Origin: Carcharhinus amblyrhynchos
Taxonomy: Eukaryota
NCBI GenBank assembly: GCA_965287045.1
Contig: OZ336886.1
Coordinates: 5,518,001 to 5,582,000 of the forward strand
DNA length: 64,000 nt
Direction: 5' to 3'
In this document: positions 38,216 to 50,679 of the stretch, one piece after another
Position numbering within the stretch: the first letter of the stretch is position 1
How the letters are laid out: each line of letters begins with the position of its first letter
Notes under the pieces: model-generated
Told to the model about the DNA's origin: nothing
The model's database searches: none
What the model saw: only the letters and a program-made list of their open reading frames with translations
Translations under genes and position numbers: made by a program

Positions 38216-40809
38216 TAAAGAGAAAAGCCCCAGCTCCTTCAACCTTTCCTCATAAGACCTACCCCCCAAACCAGGCAGCATCGTGGTAAATCTCCTCTGC
38301 ACTCTCTCCAATGCTTCCACATCCTTCTTATAGTGAGGTGACCAGAACTGCGCACAATATTCCAAACGTGGTCTCACCAAGGTCCTGTACAGTTGCAGCA
38401 TAACCCCACGGCTCTTAAACCCAAACGCCCTGTTAATAAACGCTAACACACTATATTCCTTCTTCATGGCTCTATCCACTTGAGTGGCAACTTTCAGAGA
38501 TCTGTGGATATGAACCTCAAGATCTCACTGTTCCTCCACATTCCCCAGAACCCTGCTGTTGACCCTGTAATCCGCATTCAAGTTGGTACTACCAAAATGA
38601 ATCACCTCACACTTATCAGGGTTAAACTCCAACTGCCACTTTTCGACCCAGCTCTGCATCCTATCAATGTCTCTTTACAGCCTGCAAGAGCACTCCACCT
38701 CATCCACTACTCCACCAATCTTGGTGTAATCAGCAAATTTACTAACCCACCTTTCAGCCCCCTCTTCCAAGCAATTGATAAAAATCACAAATAGCAGAGG
38801 ACCCAGCACTGATCCTTGTGGTACACCGTTGGTAACTGGCCTCCAGTCGGAAAACTTTTCTTCCACCACCACCCTCTGTCTTCTATGTGACAGCTAGTTA
38901 CTTATCCAATCGGCCAAATTTCCTTCTATCCCACACCTCCTTACCACCTTCGTGAGCCTACCATGGGGAATCTTATCAAACGCCTTACTAAAATCCATGT
39001 ATACAACATCAATTGCCCTACCTTCATCTACACACTTAGTTACCTCCTCAAAGAATTCAATCAAATTTGTGAAGCAGGACTTACCCCTCATGAAACTGTG
39101 CTGACTATCCTGGATTAACCTACATCTTTCCAAATGGTCATAAATCCTTTTTCTCAGGACCCTTTCCATTAACTTACCAACCACCTAAGTAAGACTAACT
39201 GGCCTATAATCAGGGTCATTCCTATTTCCTTTCTTGAAGAGAGGAACAATATTCGCCACTCTCCAGGCCTCTGGCACAATCCCTGTGGACAGTGAAGACC
39301 AAAGATCAAAGCTAAAGGCTCCACGATCTCATCCCTTGCCTCCCAAAGTATCCTAGGATGTATCCCATCTGGCCCAGGGGACTTATCGACCCTCAGGTTT
39401 TTCAAAATTGCTAATACATCTTCCCTCAGAACATCTACATCCGCCATCCTATCAGCTTGTATCACACTCTCATCCTCAAAAACATGGCCCCTCTCCTTAC
39501 TGAACACTGAAGAAAAGTATTCATTCAAGGCCTCACCTATCTCTTCTGACCCCATGCACAAGTACCCACTACTATCCTTGACTGGCCCTAACCTCACCCT
39601 GGTCATTCTTTTATTTCTCACATAAGAGTAAAAAGCCTTGGGGTTTTCCTTCATCTGACCATGCCCCCTCCCAGCTCTCCTAAGCCCTTTCTTTAACTCC
39701 TAGCTAGCTAGTAACCCTCAAGCGACCCAACTGAACCTTGCTTTTTTCATCCTTACAAATGCTTCCTTTTTCCTCTTGACAAGACATTCAACCTCTTTTG
39801 TGAACCATTCGGCCATTTCCTCCCTGCCTGCCAGGGACATACCTGTCAAGGACACGCAGTATTTGTTCCTTGAAAAAGCTTCACTTTTTCTTGTGCCCAT
39901 GTCTGACAGTTTCTGTTCCCATCTTATGCTCCCTAATTCTTGCCTAATCGCATCATAATTACCTCTGCCCCAATTATAAACCTTGACCTGCAGTGTGACC
40001 CTATCCCTATCCATTGCGATAATGAAGGACACTGAACTGTGGTCACTATCTCCAAAGTGCTCTGCCACAAGCAAATCTAACACTTGGCCCAGTTCATTAC
40101 CCAGTACCAAGTCCAATGTGGCCCCACCTCTTGTCAGTTTATCCATATATTGCATCAGGAAATCCTCCTGCACACACTATACAAAAAGTGTCCCATCCAA
40201 ACTATTCAACCTATAAAGGTTCCAATCAATATTGTTATGACATTGACTGTATTGGAGCATTCCTTATTTGATTATTTTCCCTTTTAATTGGGGGGAAAAA
40301 AAGCTTCAAAGTTTAAAGATAAGTTTTTTATGTGTGAGGACCATGTTCCATTTATTTTCAATCTAGATTAGCAGGTTGATGCATTGCTCGTGATTTGATG
40401 GTAACTTTTCAGAAAACAAATTGATCAGATAACATACATCCCAAAGATAACTTGATACACATTTGTGGAATTTTCCAATGAGACAACTGGGAGGCATAAT
40501 ATAACTTTACCCAAGAGAAAGTTAGTTTAGTTGTACCTGAGGCTAAAAGTTGCTTACTATTCGAAAATGTACCTTTTTTAGCATTTTTAACCAGCTTTTG
40601 GGAATTTTTAGATGTTAATGGAAAGCTCTAAAAGAGAAGTTTCAAAAGAGAGGGAAAATATAAAGATGTTGACCCATTTTTTAACCATGCTAATTCTATT
40701 TTTTTTCCTTTTACCAAAGATATTAATCCTTGCTTGGTTATTATTCATTGGTTGATTTTTATGTCATTTTCCAATCAGTTGACGTTTTTAGCAAAATTAT
40801 TTCACTTCA

Positions 40810-41082
40810 TTCCAGCCTTGGGTGACTGTGTAGAGTTTGCACATTCTCCCCGTGTCTGCATGACTTTCCTCCAGGTGCTCTTGTTTTCTCCCAAAGTCCA
40901 AAGATGTGCATGTTAGATTGATTGCCCATGCTAAATTGCTCATGCCTCTGTCTCCTAGATGTGTAAGATAGGGGAATTAGCTAGGTAAATATGTGGGTAG
41001 AGTCTGAATGAAATGCTCTCTTGGAGAGTAGGCGTAGACTCAATGCGCCGAGTGGCCTGCTTCTGCACTGTAGGGATTCTAC
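40810..41082 (+). mobile_element. HE1 V-SINE lacking most of the head
   Basis: ttgggtgactgtgtagagtttgcacattctccccgtg...gcactgtagggattcta. Confidence 0.85.
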
Positions 41083-41449
41083 AGGTGACTGATGCATACA
41101 AAGGTTATGTAAAAAATGGACATGGGCAGTGGTATTTTTGTAACTTTTTATGGTTTACAATGTTGGCACAAAAGGGACAAACATCTTCTACCCATCCTCT
41201 GCCTGCACTGGACCAAAATGAAAACCGTAGAAATGCTCAGCCTGGTAATTAGCATCCAGAAGTCCTAAGAAAGATTAACTTTTTAACAAAGATTCACCCT
41301 CATTAATCTTTTCTCTTTAATGTATTTTCATCTTTTGTCAGATTTGTTTGCTTTAGCACCATTCCAGAATATTTTGACTCTTTCCCCATCCAAATGTAAT
41401 CCATTTGTCACATTATGTTCTGGTACTTTCCCCAGTTGAGTATTGTCAG

Positions 41450-42060
41450 TTTGGCTCAGTTGTTGCACACTCACTTCTGAGTCAAAAATTTGTGGATTCA
41501 ATTTCCACTCTGGAGACTTGAGCACAAAAATGCGGGCTGATCAGTGTAATACTGATGCAGTGTTGCACTGCTAGAGGCACAGTCTTTTAAGACCTTCAGC
41601 TGAGGCCCCAATTACCCTTTTGGGTAAATATAAAAGATCTCAATGGATACTGTAGAAGTGCTGGGTTCCAATGACTGTAATCAAGAATTTAGAACAATAA
41701 CAGTTTATTATATATTCTGAGTGGCTCTTACATGCTGTCTCTGCTCATGCTGTAGGGAGAATTTCTGCACTACCACTACATATATCTGTGTCATTTCAGT
41801 ATTCGCATGACCACCTGCTCTTTAGTACTAGCTCAAAGTAAAACGGGAGTAATCCCAGGTTTCCTGCCAATATTTACCCTCAGTCAACAACTCAAACGTA
41901 TTATCTGGTCATTATCACATTGTTGTTTGTGGACAAATTAGCTGATGTGTTTCCTGCGTAGCAAAAGTGAGGACACTTAAGAATGACTTAATTGGCTGTA
42001 AAGCACTTTGGAAGACCTGAAGCTTTAGATAGCAAAGGTGCTATGTAAATGTAAGTTTTT
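41450..42060 (+). mobile_element. DeuSINE (SacSINE1-like), near full length, with an internal insert at ~41660-41840
   Basis: tggctcagttg A box, ggattcaatttc B box, gacttgagcac, central domain, L2-like tail aaaggtgctatgtaaatgtaag. Confidence 0.7.
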
Positions 42061-43524
42061 TTTGGCGATTTGAGCATCACATGAACTGAGAAACTTCATT
42101 AGGCCTCAGTGAAATCACTAAATGAAGTGTTCTGTTTAAAAAAAAGTTTTCCAAAGGAGGGGAAAAGTTCTCCAGCTTATTCTAATAAATTGTTTCCTAA
42201 CAAACTTTGCACTGTTATCGCAAAGATAAAACAACATTTTTCTTTCGATTTTTAAGTTATTTTCATAATGTATACATTAGAATGTAAATGAATTCAAACT
42301 GAATTTAAACTTAAAAAGCAATGCATATATCTAAGATTTTTCTTTCGTGGGATTCTGTACTTTCAAGACCTTTACCATTTGAAGCTTCTCTGCCGACTAC
42401 TTGAATAAACTTTCATTTTTATTTGGTGTGGTCTGTGTGTTAACTATGCTGCACTGGATTCAGACAAACCTGTTACGGTAACACTTCCTAACAGCTGTGG
42501 AATATATTAGTCAAGTTAACTCGTAATGCTACAGTTCATTAGAATTAACAATAATTTATCTTAATGTATGAATTAATTTAATAATTATAGCAGATAATGG
42601 ATTTCCTGCTATAAACAGGTTTGTATGTGTTAATCCAGCAGAATTTAATTATGCACTACCGCTATAACCATTTCCTGGCAGTTTGCCAAGTTTGTAATTG
42701 AAGGTCATGGAGTATTTGTTAATACGGAGTACTGTGGGCTCTTGATCTCATAGAGGACTGATAGAGGCATACAGACAAAGAACGCTCTGTGTTTCATTTT
42801 ATGGTATAGAGCCGTTGTCACACAATCTCTGCTCGCTTTTCGGCATGGACCAGATGCCCATTTAAAAAGGGTCAAGTTATGCTGGATCATCAGAAGTGAA
42901 TACAGTATGAGCATCAGTTTTCATTGGGGCTGAATATGTTTATTCCTCCTTCCATTATAGACAGTGTTTTCATTCTCGTGTTTGGATCCTTCCACACACT
43001 GATGAATAAAATACAATGCTGCAAGTATAATTTATTACAATTCACTAACACTGTAATTATACAACAAAAAATAATATATTGCATATTGCTAGAACAGATA
43101 AGTTAAACTTTCAAATCAAAACATTAATTTATCTGCTGTCTCCACAGTTGCTAACTAGCCAGCTGTGTAGTGCAACATTTTGTTTTTATTGCCTCATGTC
43201 AGTGTTTGTTGCTTGGACCAAGCTATAACATACAATGATGACAAGTATTATATACTTAAATCTGCAAAAGGAGTGCTGTTAACTTGAATTGTAATTATAG
43301 TTGATTTGGGGTGTAAAGAGCTTGACCTTAAAATTTGGCACTGGTTGGAGATGAAACCAATTGTTCAGGAACTCTATCAAAAAAGCCAACAACCTCCTTG
43401 GCCTGGATTACATTATTAGAAACCTCCCTCCCCCCCATCACTGTCTCCCCTCCACTCGAGTAAGTAATTTATGAAAACAACAGGAAAATAGGAAATCTGA
43501 AAGAAAAAGATAATTTACAATAGG

Positions 43525-43965
43525 TCGGGCAGCTCCAGCAACACTCGACATTCAAGACTGCCCAGGCCAAAGCAGCTCGCTTGTTTGGCATCCCATCCAC
43601 TAATATTCACTCCCTGTACTACCGTGCACAGTGACAGTCATGTGTACCATCTACAGGATGCACTCAAGGTTCCTTGGACAGCACCTTTCAAACCCTTGAC
43701 TGCTACCATCTAGAAGGACATGGACAGCAGATGCGTGGGAACACCACCACCTGGAAGTCTGCCTTTCCCCTTTACCCAGTACACATCACTGTTACTTGGA
43801 AATATATTCTTCATTGTCACTGGGTCAAAATCCTGGAATTAACTCTCCAACAGCACTGTGGGTGTACTTGAGTCACAAGGGTTTGCAGCAAATCAAGAAG
43901 CAGCTCATTACCTCCTTGTGGGGGCCAATTAGGGATGGTCAATAAATGTTGATCTGGTGAGTGAT
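43525..43965 (+). mobile_element. LINE 3' end (family of 16010-16595)
   Basis: gcagctccagcaacactc..caaagcagctcgcttg..ggccaattagggatggtcaataaatg. Confidence 0.75.
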
Positions 43966-43967
43966 GA

Positions 43968-44221
43968 TCAGTAAAAGTTGGCCTGGCCTGGCATGGTCAA
44001 TAAAAGTTGGCCTGGCCTGGCATGGTCAATAAAAGTTGGCCTGGCCCGGCATGGTCAATAAAAGTTGGCCTGGCCCGGCATGGTCAATAAAAGTTGGCCT
44101 GGCCCGGCATGGTCAATAAAAGTTGGCCTGGCCAGGCATGGTCAATAAAAGTTGGCCTGGCCCGGCATGGTCAATAAAAGTTGGCCTGGCCAGGCATGGT
44201 CAATAAATGTTGGCCTGGCCA
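43968..44221 (+). repeat. 29-bp minisatellite, ~8.7 copies
   Basis: Unit ggtcaataaaagttggcctggcc(t/c/a)ggcat starts at 43995, 44024, 44053, 44082, 44111, 44140, 44169, 44198, plus a leading partial unit. Confidence 0.97.
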
Positions 44222-44379
44222 GTCATTTCCACGTGGCATGATTTTTTTTAATCGCTAAAAAGGGAAAACATGCTAATTGTCTCTCCAGAAAGTTGTGGAA
44301 AGTGAAACATTTCAACGAAGCCAATTGAAAATTGTGAACGTTAATATTAATCTGGATTTTGTCTGTTGTCTGAAAGTCT

Positions 44380-45300
44380 TAGTGCGACAATGAGTAATCA
44401 GATGACTCATGCTGTAAGTGACTGTTGCCACCTGTGACTTGGGTTTAGTTCGGGAAGCACCGCCCTTTTCCGCTTCGTCCGAGCCATCAGCCCATGTGCA
44501 GTCGACTTTGAAAATTTCTTTCACTTCTTAAGTCCTCATGGCACCAAACGAGTTGATTAATTTCATGTTGCTTGTTTTCGCCTGTCTGTTTTGGATAGCT
44601 GGTTAGAGAGCCAATGGCAGTGTAATGTTCGTGACCTAGATCTTTACAGTGAGTGCAGCAGTTGTGGGGTTTCTCATTCGTTAACAGTACGTAATGATGA
44701 CAAAGGGAGATCAGTGATCCGCCTCTGCACACTCCGCATTCAGCCTTGAAGGAGAGAAAGAGACAACTCAAGCACTCGCGGTAGCTTTTCGAAGATCCGA
44801 TTCTTATTTTTTTTAATGAAGCTCTCACATGTTGGGACCGTTAATTACCGCATGGGCTGGAGTGTAACGCGCCGCCTTGTTTTCGTTTTTCTTTGATCAG
44901 AAATGCTTCACTCACTCGGCGAGTGAGCATGTTCTGATCGGAAGTCTATCATCCGCAGCCTGAATATCGGCCTGTGTAATCGTGGACAGCTAGACTGCAC
45001 ATTAGCTGCAGATCCGAGAGCAAACCCCGGCAGTCTGATAGCTTTTTGGATTTTGTTCCTGCTTGTTTGGGTTGGAATGGATCATTAGGTGGGTAACGTG
45101 ACTTTTCTTTTTGTTGAACAAAAATCGGCTTGGTGAGGTTGATTTATTTTAACACCGCGTCGATAGCCCTGTACATATAACAGAATTAATCCTGTTGGGA
45201 TACAGAATTCTTACTGAAATACGAAACAAAATAAATGCGGAGATTTTTAACACGTGTAGCAGGAAATAACAAAAGGTGGAAATCGAATTTTCTACACTAG
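44380..45300. promoter_or_regulatory. CpG-enriched unique region, candidate alternative promoter or enhancer
   Basis: Visibly higher CpG density than flanks, no recognisable TE, AP-1 site tgactca at 44403-44409, strong splice donor downstream at 45537. Confidence 0.45.
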
Positions 45301-45466
45301 TATGACTGATTGAAGTGTAACCGCTTTTTCTTGAATGTGTTGACTGAATGGGTGGCAGCTGGACTTTGACATTCCAACATGTCTCCATAATGAGAATTGA
45401 TTGCTGTGACGAGGCTTGCAGCGGAGATATATTTTATAATTTCTATCAATATATAACGCACCAGAC

Positions 45467-45536
45467 ATGAGAATTAGCATTTATTGCATAACAAAGATAT
45501 TCTTAATTTACAGTCCTCTTTATAGGATACGCTTTG
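45467..45536 (+). other. Candidate first coding exon end or 11-nt microexon (45526-45536)
   Basis: ATG at 45467 reads MRISIYCITKIFLIYSPLYRIRF to donor TTG|gtaagt; alternatively acceptor cctctttatag| precedes GATACGCTTTG. Confidence 0.35.
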
Positions 45537-46449
45537 GTAAGTGTGTGATTAGAAAGTTATTTAGGGAATAGGCGTTTCGTAAGTTTTACTTTACAAAGGT
45601 CTGTGGTTGATATTTATAATTAATAAATACTTAAAGTTGCAATATTCATTTAACTTTCTGGTTTATAACTTTAAAATTAAATCAGTGTTACTACTTGCTT
45701 GAAGCATTTGATTTTAAATATGAAGGTTTTTCAGTAGAAGCTCATCTGTTTTCCTGTTTTCATGTGAATGGAATGTGTTACTGCACCAAGCCCAAAACAG
45801 GATACAGTTGTTGCAGACATTTCCGTAGTCAAAGTATCGTGTAGGCTATAAAGAATGCAGAAGTCTTGCAAATCTGGGTGTCTGGCTGGCTTAACATTAT
45901 GGCAGCGATGCATTCTGGGTAGAGATCCATCAAGATCTTGTTTATTAATAGAACTGTGTGCAGACAGGTTCAAACTCGTCCCAGTTGTTCAACTATTAGC
46001 AGCTGTGTTAGCTTCATGTATTTATAGGTTGGAACATTTTCTTCGTTGTTTTATCGATGGTCACTTATGTTTAATCTTGTTGCGCATTTGTACAACTAGA
46101 CTGTATATCATTTTAGCATTTGGCAAGCTGACATTGGACATATCTGTTGAGTTGCACAGAAACTGGACAGTTAAATTATGTTTGAATTCAAGCAGCTTTT
46201 CTGTACGTTTTATTGCACTGCCTAGTCAAATATTTATTGTAGATTTGATACACAGCTCAGGCGATCACAGCTTTTTTTAAAATGTGTATCCTGCTGAAGT
46301 ATGGATATCTGATGATATGGACAGCTGTGAAGGATTTAATACAGTAGAAGATAGTTGTGTCACTGCATCTGATTTTGGTGTAACACATGATGACTTTTCA
46401 TAAGCAATGTGCAATATGAAGTTGCCAATTTTACATTGAGTGAAATATG

Positions 46450-46548
46450 GACTCTGAAGAAGTTGTAAAGAAGCCAGACATTAACTGTTTCTCTCTCCAC
46501 TATAGCTGCCGGACCTGCTGAGTTTTTCCAGCATTGTCTGTTTTTATA
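46450..46548 (+). mobile_element. Short Penelope-type terminal remnant
   Basis: ctgaagaag...ttaactgtttctctctccac..gctgccggacctgctgagtttttccagcatt.tctgttttt. Confidence 0.5.
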
Positions 46549-49500
46549 AATGTAAGAACTTTCCATTTTGCTGGAGCTGAATGGCATTCCATTTGTTTCA
46601 TATCAAATTAAATTGTCTTTATTCCTCTTGAGGAGATCTTTTAAAAATCTAGTATATTTTAAAATGCTGTATATAGCACACCATCAGTTTCTGTTTGCAG
46701 ACTTTGTATCATGGAGCATTGCACATGGCACTTCTATCATTGTAAACCAGCAAATTACCAGCTTAAAAGTCGAACATTGTGCCTTTAGCAATGTCGAGGA
46801 CCTAACTGCTCATGTCTTGCAAGAACTGTAGTTGATGACAGGCACCTGTGTTTTTCATTATCTTAACTGGCCCTTCAACAGATGCAATGAGAGCTCATGG
46901 CACACTGCCAGATAATAGTGATAGTTGTGGGTCTCTGTTTGAGTGCTACAGTACTGGTGCTATAAAATCAACATAAGAATACATACAGATGCAGTAATGA
47001 ACCTGAAAAACTCAGTCATTTGGCAAACAGTTGCAAATGTACAGCTGTTCAAGTGACAACTGTGTTATTTCACTGGTGTATTAGATGTAGAAGTGTGTCT
47101 GTCATCTTTCAGTTTCATGAGCAATCTTGTTGTTTATTAATTTCAAGTCATATAGTGATTTTACATGATCAATAATTAAATGATGATTGTGGTATTCTGA
47201 TATTAAAAGAATTATCATAAGTTGAACTTGTGCAAGATTTCCTAATTCAGTGTCCCATTGCTTGAGAAGATGAACTTCTGTTCATTTAACTTCAAAGGTA
47301 TTAAAAGATTACATTTATTAATAAGTGGCAAACTGCATATCATCACAAGATGGCCAATTGGCCAAGATGTGTAATGTTATTTCACAAATAGAGAAAGTAA
47401 ACAAGTTTCAGGTGCTTCTGTTCAGATCATTTCACTTGAAATGTTAACTTGCATGATTCCTCCATCGATACAGTCTGACTTGCTGGGTTGTTTCATTATT
47501 TTCTGTTTTTTTCCCCTTCACATTTCTAGCATCTATAGTTTTTTTTTCACACATCTCTGGGACCAGTTAATGTCCACTATTGAAGTCATCCTGTTTCTGT
47601 ACAATTTCAAGGAATAAGTCTCGTAAGTTGGGAGGTTCTTGTAAAGATATAACAATTTTTGTTCTTCCAGACTATTGTAAACTGTACTTAATATAATCAA
47701 TTGTAATTCTCCTGCAACTCTAACCTGGGCTAAACTCAGCCAGTATTACAGTTCATTTTAGCGTCTATACCCAAACACCTCCCAGAATTTTAGTCCCTAA
47801 TCAGTATGTGAAACTGCAAAGTTAAGATACTTGGACTTCAGCTGCAGTCCCGTTGAGAGTCATATAACCTGCTAGTGTGATGTTTGAGGGTCATGTCAAG
47901 AATTGCCATTTGGACAAGGTTATTTGAGATCATCTGAGCACAAACACCTCCGAAAAGATGAAGACAACATTGAGAGGAAACGGATGAAATGAAAACAAAA
48001 CTGTTGAGGCTCAAGAGTTTGGATAACTTTTAGGTATGAACTAGGTACAGATGGCACTCTTGGTATTTCTTTGTACATAAAGAGGGTTGATCGTAGGGAG
48101 ATCATGGGATTATGGCAGAAAATTTTGGAATTGAAAATACAATGCTTTAGCATATCTGAATGCAACTCTACTCTGAGCAGGAAAGAGAGGGAGAGGTGTA
48201 ATATGGAGGACTGAATAATTTATGATCTTTGTTTAAAGCTGAGAAAATCATTTTCAAATTAGGTTTTTTCTCCCTGCGGTTTCCACGTTATGCTGTGCAG
48301 GCACTTTTAAAGATTGAGCACTGAAATGAATATAAATTCTAAAACTAATGACTGCAGTGGTAAAATCAGAAGGAAGGGGTGCAGACGTTGTGTCGGACAG
48401 ATTCAGTTGCTTTGGGTGTTTGACGACTCAAAGAATTATCATCCCCCTGAGAGTTCATGCACAATGTAATTTACTGATTGAGAAATTATATTTGTTGTAA
48501 AAGTTCTTTGAATTAATTTATAAATGTTCCTGTTGCAAGAACATTGTGATTATGTATTGTGATCAACATGAAATTGCATGTTCTGTTTATAGAACAGGTT
48601 ACTGTAACCTGCTTCCATATTTCCAGTCAAGGCACTAACATGCAAATTATAAATATTTGAAAAATTGATAAATGATTATTCAGTTATTAACTCAATTGAA
48701 CATTAAAAATACATATTTGTGCTCCCATCACTATTTCAAACAAATTAATTCACACTGCGCTTACTGCTGGTTTGCTTGGCATTTGTGGGAATGTTATTCA
48801 GTAAATGGGTGGTGCTGTTTGGCGAAACTGAACATACCTGAGGAAGTGGTTTTGTCTGGAACTTGAAGGTAATAGTGCATTTTAAACACAGTCCCTGTTG
48901 GCAGCTGTCAACATTTATTCTGGCTGTGGGTTGACTTAGTTCTACATCTGCCAGTTTAAGGGCTTGTTGCAAAAGGATGGTTTCGATTTTTTTTTTAAAA
49001 ATTGAAACGTCTTAAGAGCACCCAAAGCACGGACTGATTTTTAGCAGGCCGTACTGAGAATATTGGATCCAATGTGAAAAGCAATGTATGGTGGTTGTGG
49101 AAGTTTTCATACTGCAGGACAGATCACCAAAGCATAGAAGTAATACAAAAGAGCTCTCCTTCAGTTTGTATAGAATAGTAAGAGACCTTAATCCCTTCAT
49201 CTAGCTGAACTTTTGCAATGAAATGACTGGGACTTGCATCTCCTTTTTCAATACTTTTTAAAAGTAGGCTGATGTTTTCATTTAATTTTGAAATACTTAT
49301 GCTTTTTGCATGTATTTACAAAAGTCAGGGTTTCCTAAATTTTTTGAGCAGCAAACAGTGCCCAAGTGCATCAGAGAACCCCAAGCATTCTCACAATTTG
49401 GATGTCTCTTTTTTTTTTGCTGCAGAATAAGTGCGAACACAGAAATGTGCGCAAGTGTAACCAAGTCTTTATGGCTATATCTTGTACATGTACTAGGAAT

Positions 49501-49729
49501 TAGAAAGAGGCACACAGTCAGAAAGACATTCGCCAGCTACATGGCCTCCTTTCATTAACTCCTGATGATGCCACCCTCCCATGCATTCTTAATATTAACC
49601 CCTGGAAGTAATACCCGTTTCAAGATCTACAACCTCCTTTAACTAAAAATATTGGAGTCTTACTTGTTGCCAATTTTAATGGGAGGAGTGATGCTGGAAA
49701 GTTATTACTCATGTAGGATACAGGCACCT

Positions 49730-49985
49730 CTTTCTCCCTCACCCCGTCCCTCCCCCACACACTTACCCTGTCCCCTTCCTCGCGCACTCGGCCCCCTCTC
49801 CCTCCCTCGCGCGCGCACTTGGCCCCCCACCCCCACCCCACCCTCTCTCTTGGGCTCTCATGTGGGCAGTCTATTTCACGCTTGTGGGCGTTCACTCATT
49901 CCCCCGCCAGCTCCAAGGGTTGTTCCCCTCCCCGAGAGCCGCTCTGAGGCCACCTTCTGCAGAAATATGCCTCTGATTGGTTGTG
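49730..49985. promoter_or_regulatory. GC/CpG-rich promoter-like patch
   Basis: C-rich tracts, tcgcgcgcgca, inverted CCAAT box (ctgattggtt, 49973-49982). Confidence 0.45.
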
Positions 49986-50679
49986 GATGAGCAACTCTGC
50001 AGCGTTTTTCAAATTTTGCAAATGTGCTGGTGGTGGACATCCTGAAGACTCTTTGGATCCCAGTTTGGGAATCCCTGGCATAAGTCTCCATAATTAACAT
50101 TCTATTTTAAGACTGATATAATTAGAGATCTAAATACTGACATATAACTTGTTGTTCATAATAAATACATGAACAAATCTTCAATCATCTTGCTTGATGG
50201 TAAATGTTGACTGCCAGTGTTGCTGGTCATAATATGGGTATCTTTCATGTTCTTGGAGGGCAGTTGCATTGGAGTATTTTAATATGCATGAGTTTTGGAA
50301 ACTTTTAGATCAAGTGTACAGAATCACAGTTTGCTTTTTTTTGTTGAAGTAATTGATTTAAGCATCTGAAAAATGATTAATCAGGCAGTTTGTACTCCTG
50401 TTTGTTTGGATGTTCTGTGCAATGTGTTGACCTGCTGCAACAGAATTTGTGTTTACCTTTAAAGCCAAGTCTGATTAGAAACATCTTGTTTAGTTCAGTT
50501 GTTTGAAGGGAACTGTACTTGGAAATAAAGGGAAGTACCTGTAAGTTTGAGGGGCAGGTTCGAAGTTCCCAGCATTGAATGACTGAATTTCTTAGTCCAC
50601 CAAATTTTCTCACATGTAGAAAAGTGTGACAAACGACCAGCAAACACAATATTTTTGATAGATTGTGACTTTATTCATG

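Larger units (their letters stand above)
35390..40232 (-). mobile_element. Older CR1 LINE, 5'-truncated in the endonuclease, split by a younger CR1
   Basis: 3' tail 35390-35779; resumes at 38216; fragmented ORFs with LDLVLGN, DHSSV, KSPGPDGIHP, YMDFSKAFDK, GVPQGSVLGP, KFADY. Confidence 0.92.

Noticed and set aside
43968-44221. CRISPR-like array of 29-bp repeats
   Set aside because: Units are head-to-tail with no unique spacers, there are no cas genes, the context is eukaryotic, and the unit derives from the adjacent LINE tail
49652-49990. Pro-rich 112-aa ORF
   Set aside because: By-product of the C-rich low-complexity patch
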